From the human T2T-CHM13v2.0 reference genome, Homo sapiens: a stretch of 64,000 bases of DNA. Every line of letters begins with the position of its first letter. The stretch's first letter is position 1. A program made the translations under genes and the position numbers. Of this stretch, positions 39,601-64,000 are shown piece by piece. The notes under the pieces were generated by a model. It ran no database searches and was not told the DNA's origin. It saw only the letters and a list, made by a program, of their open reading frames with translations. Location of the stretch: the NCBI RefSeq assembly GCF_009914755.1, contig NC_060936.1. One strand, written 5' to 3'.

Positions 39601-40749
39601 CGCACCCTAATATCTGTTATTTAATTGAAATCTGCTTGTGTGCTTATAAGAATTTACTGAGTTCTCACTTCCCTTACAGTCATACATGGTTTTTCCCTTT
39701 TGCCTAAATCAGAACTCAACAGCCTGGGAAAATCACTGACAAATAGTGGATATAGGTTTCATTTCTGAGGATCAATAAACAGCTTGTAATGTTGTATACA
39801 CATTTATTCTGTTTGTACAAAGGTTTTCCATTCTATGGAGAGGATCCCAGTCTTCAGATTCTCTGGTAAGTTAATAACCCACAAAAGATTCAGGAAGAGG
39901 ATCTATTTTAATTTTCTCTTTCATTCTATAAATCAGTCTGTTGTATATAGGGACTGACCATGATTCTCCATTTTCTGGCATAAATATTAGCTGCTCAATG
40001 ATTGATTGTTGAATGATAGATGAAGTATTGCTGAAGCCAACCAGAGATCTTGATCTCTCTCTGAGGAAAAAACCTAGAAATGATGGTTAGAATCAGGAGA
40101 CTTGAGAACTACGAGGAACATGGCAGCCTCTAGCTCATACTTGTCGTTGTACAATTGAGATCAAGTGAATTGGCCCCGGTCTCACATTTTCAGTGAAGTC
40201 AGACTCAGAACTAGGTCCTGGGTTTCATGTTTCCTGCTGCTCTTCTCACTGTGTACACACCATGCCCACATACAACATACCTATCAGAAATGGTTTTCAT
40301 TAAGGGAGTAGAATAGTCACTTAACTGGGGCTCTTAACATTGCTAATAACCTGTGGCTCAATTTCCTCAACTGTATAATGAGGTTACTACTAGTATCTAC
40401 CTCAAAGCGTTGTCATGTGGATTGAGATGATATGTATGAATCACATAAAAGAGTGCCTGGCACATAGTAGGTGCCATTAATAATATTACTATTGTTAACA
40501 CCTTAAGGGTCTAACTTGTAATGAAGACAGAAATATGTATGAGGATGATCACTGAAATATTTATGACAGTGCATAATTTGCAAAATAAAAAATGTACACT
40601 AGCATAATATTTGTGGCATATCCGTGTAATGGAAGATTATGCAGGCATTAAAATATGTACACAAAAAGTTTGGTAAAGGAAAAATGCTGTCATGTGTTAC
40701 AAAAGCATGATAAATAATTGTTAATATGGAATAAGCTCAAATATGTCAA

Positions 40750-40755
40750 AATAAA
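40750..40755 (+). terminator. candidate distal polyadenylation signal of ZNF10
   Basis: AATAAA at the end of the unique 3' UTR, before the Alu/L1 block. Other AATAAA at 38282, 39774 and about 40584. Confidence 0.45.
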
Positions 40756-40967
40756 TGTAAAAAATGAGTGTTGCCCAAAACTAAGGAGATTTGTCAAAAT
40801 ATTAACAGTAGTTAGCCTATATATTGGGAAAATTGGTGTTTCCTTTTCTATTTTTACACTTTTCAGTTCTTTCCAAAGCCTCCTGAAATAATATATCTTA
40901 CTTGTAGAATTAGGAAAACAATCTCCTCAGTGATGGAATTTTTTTTTTCTTCAGAAGCTCATACCAA

Positions 40968-41580
<613 letters not shown>

Positions 41581-41719
41581 CTACTAGAACCTTAATAAAG
41601 GAATTTAGCACGGTCATAGGATATGAGGTTACAAAAATCAATTTTATTTCTATATGCTAGCAGTGACCAATTAGGAAATGAAATTGGAAATACAGTTCCA
41701 TTTATAATGATACAAAAAA

Positions 41720-42039
41720 AGTTAGGTTTTGAAGGAAAGGTGAGGGTTAAAGAGAGAGTGGCTCAACAGAAACACAGGTTTATTGCCAGCAAAAACCTGC
41801 AGAGAGGGGACCAGCTTAGTGCCGGAGCCCACTGCTGCTTTCAGGCTGGGGTAATTATAGGTCTGGGTGGAAGGGGTCTGGGTGGTATGGCTTGCTGCCT
41901 GGCAGCATTTGATAAAGATGTTCCTGTTGTCAGGTGGTTAGGTAGGATGTTTCTCATGGCCCAAGCCCCTGAAGAATCGCCTTGACCAGGGTCTGTGAAA
42001 TGGTTGGGGGTTTATAAAATGTTGCAGCTTGGACTAACA
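41720..42039 (-). mobile_element. ERVL-class solo LTR (LTR18-like)
   Basis: About 320 bp. The minus strand starts TGTTAGTCCAAG, with a TATAAT box at about 41854-59 and AATAAA at 41779-84 in LTR order. Family name from memory. Confidence 0.65.
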
Positions 42040-42966
42040 GTGACCAATTAGGAAATGAAATTAGAAATATAATCCCATTTACAATGATAGAAAAAATGTG
42101 AAATACTTAGATAAATTTAATGAAACATGAAAGACCTGCACAGTGAAAACTATAAAACATTGCTGGAAGAAGTTAAGGAACATATAATAAGAATAAATAA
42201 CACAAAAGAAACGGAGAAATATACCTTGGTCAAGGATGGGAAAACTCAGTATTGTTAAGATGGCAGTCCTCCCGAAATTAATCTTTATTTTATTTATTTA
42301 TTTATTTTTTGAGACGGAGTCTCGCTCTGTAACTCAGGCTGGAGTGCAGTGGTGCGATCTGGCTCACTGCAAGCTCTGCCTTCCGGGTTCATGCCATTCT
42401 CCTGCCTCAGCCTCCCGAGTAGCTGGGACCACAGGCGCCCACCACCACGCCTGGCTAATTTTTTTGTATTTTTAGTAGAGACGGGGTTTCACCCTGTTAG
42501 CCAAGGATGGTCTTGATCTCCTGACCTCATGATCTGCCCACCTCGGCCTCCCAAAGTGCTGGGATTACAGGCGTGAGCCACTGCACCCGGCCAATTTTTT
42601 AAAATTCTAATGAATTTTGTCATATACTGATCTGAAGGGTTTTTCAGTTAAAAAGTGCTGGAGAATGCTGTGATAATATGTTTGGGAAATAGAAGCTTTT
42701 CACATGAGTGTTCCTGAATCAGTCCTCACTGCCTAGACATTGAACTTATTAGACAAAATGGTGATATCGATAAACAGATAGAAATTATTAAAAAGAACTG
42801 AAGAGAAATTCTGGAGATGAAAAGTATAACTGAAATGAAAAATTCAGTATAGAGGTTTAACAGCATATTTGAGCAGACAGAAGGTAAATCAGCAAACTTG
42901 GAGATAAAACAATTGGAATTATATGTGTGAGGAACAGAAAGTAAATTTTAAAAAGTGAACAGATTA

Positions 42967-45420
<2,454 letters not shown>

Positions 45421-45738
45421 ATAAACAAAAGCAGTCGGAATTTGTTACTGTCCTACATGAAATTCTAAAGGGAATCCTTCAGGTCAAAATGAAAGGACAC
45501 TAGACAGTAACTTGATGGTATATAGAGAGTAAGAAAGATTTTCAGTAAGAAAAGACTACATGGGCACTTATAGAAGCTAGTGTCAGTGTAAAAGAAAATA
45601 CATAAAAATAACTATAAATGGCTGGGCGTGGTGGCTCATGCCTGTAATCCCAGCACTTTGGAAGGCCGAGGTGGGTGGATCACAAGGTCAGGAGATTGAG
45701 ACCATCCTGGCTAACATGGTGAAACCCCGTCTCTACTA

Positions 45739-45909
<171 letters not shown>

Positions 45910-47034
45910 CTATAAATTTATGTTATCAGACACACAATATATAATGATGTAACTTGGGACAATAACATAAAGGGAAGCAGGAAACAGAACTATATAAGAG
46001 CAGAGTTTTTGCATGATATTGAAGTTAACTTTGTATCAATTCAGACTATATTGGCCTCAAATTTATTTGGAAGTCCAGAGGGCTGTGAATAGCCAAAGCA
46101 ATCTTGAAAAAGAAGAATAAAGTCGGAGGCAGTTTCTGCTTTCAAAACTTACTACAAAGCTACAGTCATCAAAACAATGTGGTATTTGCATAACTATAAA
46201 CATTTAGATCAATGGAATAGAATTTAGAGTCCAAAAATAAACCTATACATGTATGTCCAGTTGATTTTTACAAGGGTGCCAAGTATATTAAGTAAGGAAA
46301 AATAATCTCTTCAACAAATGGCACCGGATGACTGGATTTCCACATGCAGAAGAATGAAATTGGCTTCCTTCTCACACTACATACAAAAATTAATTCAAAC
46401 TAGACCAATGACTTAAAAACTAAAACTGTAAAACTGTTAGAATAAAACATAAAGGAAAAATCCTCATGACCATAGGGCCTGTCATGGTGACTCACACCTG
46501 TAATGCCAGAACTTTGCAAGGCTGAGGCAGGAGGCTTACTTGACCTCGAGAGTTGGAGACCCACCTGGGCAACCTAGTGAGATCCCATCTCTATTAAAAA
46601 AAAAAAGAAAAAATATTCACAACCTTAGATTTGGCAATAGATTCTTAATTATGACACCAAAAGCACAAGCAATAACAGAAAAGAATAGATAAATTGGACT
46701 TCATCAAAATTTTGAAATTTTGTGCATCAAAGGACATTATCATGAAAGTGAAACAGTAACCTACAGAAATAGAGAAAATATTTGCAAATCATGTAAGAGT
46801 TTAATATCAGGAACATTTAAACAACTCCTACAACTCAAAAAACAACCCCACTGAAAAATGAGTGGAGACATGAATAGACATTTCTCCAAAGAGGATGTGC
46901 TAATGGCCACTAAACATGTGAAAAGATGGTCCAAGTTATTAGTCATTTGGGAAATGCTAACCAAAACCACAATGAGATACCACTCCACATCTTCTAGGAT
47001 AGGTGTAATTTTTTTTTAAAGCAGAAAGTATTAA

Positions 47035-47448
47035 GTCTTATTCCCCAGTGAACAGGTATATTCAAACCTACCCCTACAGTCCAAGGGAACTGAGAAGCCA
47101 AAGAAAGAAGCTAATAAATCCAGTTTCTCAGAAACATTCAATAGGGACTTATAAACAGAAGTGATGTCTTGGGCAACCATGAGACTGCGGATTACTGCAC
47201 TCACCCTCCAGAAGGAATTCTTTATATCACAAGCTTTTTTGTTAAGACATGTTCAGCTGGCCATGTTTCAGACTCTCTTGCAAAACTCATGACCAATAGG
47301 AATTTAGAGAAGCATCTCTATGAGGGATTGTCTATGGCACGGGCATTGTTTTTTGAACTTACCGTAGCAATGTCTTGGTATGCATGCTTCAAACATTAGT
47401 CATTATGTCAGTTTCATTTCAAGATGGCCTTACTCTTGACTGGCAACA
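47035..47448 (-). mobile_element. ERV solo LTR (LTR47-like)
   Basis: The minus strand starts TGTTGCCAGTCAAGAGTAAGGCCATCTTGAA. It interrupts L1 sequence. Family name from memory. Confidence 0.65.
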
Positions 47449-48281
47449 GACTGTTTTCCTACAAGTGTTTGGTAAGGATGTGAAGAAATTGGAGCCCCTG
47501 TACATTGCTGGTGGGAATGTAAAACGGTTCAGCCACTGTGAGAAACATTTTGGTGGTTTCTTGGAAAGGACAGAATTGCCCTATGACCCAATAATACCGC
47601 CACTGTGTATATACCCCAACGCATTGAAAATAGGGAGTCAAACAGATACTTTTATGCCAATATTCCTTGCAGAATTATTCATAATAGCCCAAAGGTGGAT
47701 CAACCCAAATGTCCATCAACAGATAAATGGATAAACAAAATGGAGTATACAACAGGATTATCAGTCATAAAACAGAACCAAAGCTCTGGTACATGCAACA
47801 ACATAGGTGATCCTGAAAAACATTATGCCAAATGAGATAAACCAGACACAAAGGGACAAATATTGTATGATTCCACTTATATGACCCAGGTCAAATAGGC
47901 AAATTCATGGAGACAGAAAGTAGATCAGAGGTTTCCAGGCAAATAGGGGGAATGGGGAGTTATTGCTAAATGAGTACCAGAGTTTCTGTTTGGCGTGATG
48001 GAAAAGTTTTGGAAATAGTGGTGATGGTTACACAACATTGTGAATCTAATTAATGTCATTGAATTGTATGCTTAGCGATAGTTAAAATGGAAGTTTTTAT
48101 TATGTATATATATCCACAATGAGATAAAAAGAAATTTTACAAATTTAAAGAGAGTAATTTTAAAATGTTAGAATTAGCCAATTTTACATCATATTGAATT
48201 TTGCATTTCAAGCATAGGCTAATTTCCCCTCACAATTATTTTGTCTGTGTGTGTGTGTTTGGGGGTGTTTTCAGGCCTTTA

Positions 48282-48491
<210 letters not shown>

Positions 48492-49572
48492 TTAGCCAGG
48501 TATATATGTTATATATATTATATAATGTAGCATACATTATATAATATATATTATACAGGTGCACACCTGTATTCCTAGCTACTTAGGAGGCTGAGATAGG
48601 AGGATCACTTGAGCCCAGGAATTTGAGGTTACAGTGAGCTATGGTCGTGCCACTGAACTCCATCCTGCGTGATAGAGTGAGACCCTGTCTCTTTAATTTA
48701 TTTTTAAAAGAACAGATGTAAGAAAGACCTTCTAAATATAAGGGTAAATAGAGGTGAAATGTAAGGAGAGGAAAAAATATATACCATGCATACAGTAACC
48801 AAAAAAAAAAAAAAGCTTGCATGGCTATATTAACATCAGACTATGGCAAGAAATATCATGAGAGATAGGAAAATTTTATAATAATAAATGGCAAACTCAA
48901 CAGGAAAATCTAAATATCTCAAATAAATAGCTTGAGACATAAGCATATTCCACCCTGATTACTGTGACAACTTTCTGTAGTAGAGGATCTGCCAGTGCTC
49001 ATCAAAACTGTTTGCTTTTTCCTCATTAGCAACTCTTTCCAAACACACCTTGAGTTACATGGAGTCAAGTGACCAAGTTCTGGCCATGGAATATGGGCTA
49101 AAATGGGATATACTGCTTTCAGTCATGTCCCATGTGATGAAGAATGAACGTTCTTTAGATTATTACACAAAGTGGGAAAGACTGTCAGGGAAACTTGAAA
49201 AAGAATTAGACATGAATAAAATATTACTTTGTATTTTCAGTGTAAATCTAGGCATTATTTAAAGCACTCTTCCATATTATATCTGCTTTTCATTGTCTTT
49301 GAGATGTTTTACAACCCTGTACTTTATCGAAAACTTGTAATATATTATTCTCCATAGAAATGCAAATATATTATGTCTAGTTGAATGCAATTCTTTAGTT
49401 TTGCATCTTTTTGTAAATTCACCCTCGTATTTCTTACCTATTTATCTGTGGTTCCTTGAATTCTTCTTTGGACTATTTACAACAGCTTACTGGTACACTC
49501 ATTAAATAAGAAGGTAATTAAAATATTCGGCACATGTTTATTTTGTGTTTGTATGAGAGTCATGACTTTATC

Positions 49573-61990
<12,418 letters not shown>

Positions 61991-62500
61991 AAAGAATTCT
62001 AGAAAACTTGTATCTGCCTCTGTGAATGTCACCTCTTCCCAATACTTAAGATCAATAATGATTAGTGGATATTTTCCGTTGGTGCAAAAGTAAGTAATTG
62101 CGGCTTTTGCCATTAAAGTAAACCAATATTTTCCAACTGGCCAATACATGATGTTACGAAATCATGCGTGATAAAAGAATCCATTCAAAGTGCAGTGTAG
62201 ACCAACGGATTTTATGTAATAGAGTAGAAAAAGTTCATCTACGTGGTTTCAGATTGTACACTAACAAAACTATCCCTTGTTCGACTTGTATCTTTATATA
62301 CTTTAACAAAAACAACATACGCAACAGATTAAACATAGAAGCAGATATGAGAATCCAGCTTTCTAGTAAGTCAGAAAAGACTTAAAAAGCGAAGCCACTC
62401 CTTACTAAATTTTTTCTTTTGTAAAATATATGTAATTTTCATTAAAATATTATTTATGTTAACATGTAATGGGAATTTTACGAATCTGTTATTAAAGTGT
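61991..62500 (+). mobile_element. hAT-Charlie transposon, right part
   Basis: Resumes with gaaaacttgtatctgcc...ttcccaatactta, then gcaacagatt...agaagcagatatgagaatccagct. Confidence 0.7.
62078..62121. mobile_element. half MADE1 (Hsmar1-derived mariner MITE)
   Basis: gttggtgcaaaagtaa(gtaa)ttgcggcttttgccatta matches one MADE1 arm. Confidence 0.82.
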
Positions 62501-62799
62501 AAAGCAAAATAAGACTTTTACCATTTCAGTAAAGCAGGGACTAGAACACTTGTAACCTAATTTACATCCCTCCAACCGTTGAGCCATTGGTGTCAAGTAT
62601 TTTAATTCTCTTTAAAATTTAAAACCTGCAAGCGCGGGAGCTCAGGGACCTGGCCAGGAAGGCCTGAGCTTCCGGGTCATCTTAGCACGCCCCCTCCCGG
62701 TGGCCCTTGGCCGGAGCCCTCCGGCGCGGGAGTAACTCCTCGCAGAGGCCTCTGGGAGTTGTAGTTTTTTTGCCTTTGCCTCTCCATGACGCAATTCCT

Positions 62800-62998
62800 G
62801 TGCGACATACGTAGCGGCCGCCATTGTTCCGCGCCGATGGCGAGATCCTTGTTCCTCAGATAGCGTTCATCGCCCGTCGTGGTCAACGGGCCAGCCGAGT
62901 CTGGAGTGGTTGCGAACCCTTCTGGCTGCAGATCTGGAGGTGGAGGCAGTACCCTGGACTCTATTCTGCTGCCCCTTCAGGGTTTGGAGGAGCCGGAG
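62800..62998 (+). other. ZNF268: probable ZNF268 exon 1 (5' UTR)
   Basis: Donor GAG|GTGCGG at 62998/62999. The start is estimated. Confidence 0.6.
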
Positions 62999-63309
62999 GT
63001 GCGGAATTCCTCCGGTTTCAAGGCGGCGGGACGGGACAGAACTAATCTGCCTTAGCTCTCTCCTGCTGCTGACCCGGGGCGGTTGCCTGACCCTAACCTG
63101 TGTGTTGGTGAGGGTGTGGAGATGGTGAATCCCGTGCTGTGGGAGGGAAGGAGCCTCAGCTCCGAGAATGGCAGGCAGCCCTGGTGCCTCGGACCCTCCC
63201 CCTCTGGGTTTGGGGACTGCTGGGTGACCTCTTTCTTCACTGTGCTCTCTCTTCTAGCATCCCTCGCGTCCTGTCACTTCCAGCGAGGCACACAAAACTG
63301 ACCGTAGGG

Positions 63310-63342
63310 ATGGCCACCAGGGTCCGGACAGCTTCTATTTGG
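63310..63342 (+). CDS. ZNF268: ZNF268 first coding exon part, MATRVRTASIW (exon about 63258-63342); gene continues beyond the window
   Basis: gggATGG start and TGG|GTGAGT donor. The peptide matches the recalled ZNF268 N-terminus. Acceptor ctctcttctAG at 63256-57. Confidence 0.88.
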
Positions 63343-64000
63343 GTGAGTAGGGGTTTTCTTTCATTCTTGAAAAGCTCTCCCTGAATGCCAACGTGTGCGC
63401 ACTCCATCTACTCCAGTCTGAATTTGCCAGGAGCTTTCTCACCCCACCGCTCTTTTAGGCAACTGGATCGTCATTTATAGCATGTTAGACTTTCCAGAAA
63501 TGCTTCTTGTCATCCGACTTCCTTTTTTCCTCCTTTCATCAATCTCTTTTCTAACAACTTTGTACGCTGAACTTTGGAGTTAAACAAGGGATACTCACAC
63601 ATCTTTCAGTTTTTTCAGCCTTTATTTACTGAGGGCCTTCTGTATCTGGGATCTTTAAACCTTATTTTGGAAATTACAAACTTTTTTATTCACTTGTTCA
63701 ACATTTTTTTTTATTGTATTTTGTTTGCTGGACCCTGGGGCAGGTGCTAAAAATGCAAAGATGGGTTGCTTATCATCCCTGTCTTGAAGAACAGTGGTCT
63801 AGGAATGGTGGATAAGAAAGACAATGACAAGTTAATGAGTGCTCTGGGAGCAGGCTGTGGAAATACACGGAGACATGCAGGAATGGGTCAGTTTTGGAAG
63901 TAAGGACACCCCCTAACCCCTTACTCCCAAATGCTTCAATGATTAAGAGATTCTTAACCTTAGGTTTGAAAGATGACAAACCTAAAGTAGACAAAGGATT

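Larger units (their letters stand above)
62630..63400 (+). promoter_or_regulatory. CpG-island promoter of ZNF268
   Basis: CpG-rich. ETS CTTCCGG at 62669-62675, canonical ZNF143/THAP11 motif TGGGAGTTGTAGT at 62753-62765, ATF/CEBP-like TGACGCAA at 62787-62794 and YY1-like CCGCCATT at about 62818-62825. Confidence 0.88.

Overview
Primate, almost certainly human, DNA from the KRAB zinc-finger cluster I recognise as distal 12q24.33. It holds three genes. ZNF891 (- strand) has its whole 544-aa KRAB-C2H2 CDS in one exon. ZNF10/KOX1 (+ strand) is complete: four coding exons join to 573 aa, and it shares a bidirectional CpG-island promoter with ZNF891 at about 11.2-12.3 kb. The promoter and first two exons of ZNF268 (+ strand) lie at the right end. 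The rest is dense transposon debris: more than 45 Alus, old L1s including one near-full-length L1PB-like copy, MaLR/ERVL solo LTRs, Tigger1, Charlie, MER5, MIR and L2. There is also a processed RPL23A pseudogene. I see no new multi-gene system. The strongest unexplained signals are (i) a perfect, spacerless 116-bp palindrome inside an ancient L1, (ii) the intronless, retrogene-like ZNF891, (iii) 5'-leader reading frames in phase with ZNF10 and ZNF268, plus an in-frame ZNF10-to-ZNF268 read-through route, and (iv) several fold-back and templated-insertion scars, including a solo LTR flanked by a ~59-bp duplication. Gene and repeat-family names come from recalled sequences, not from a search. Repeat boundaries are approximate.
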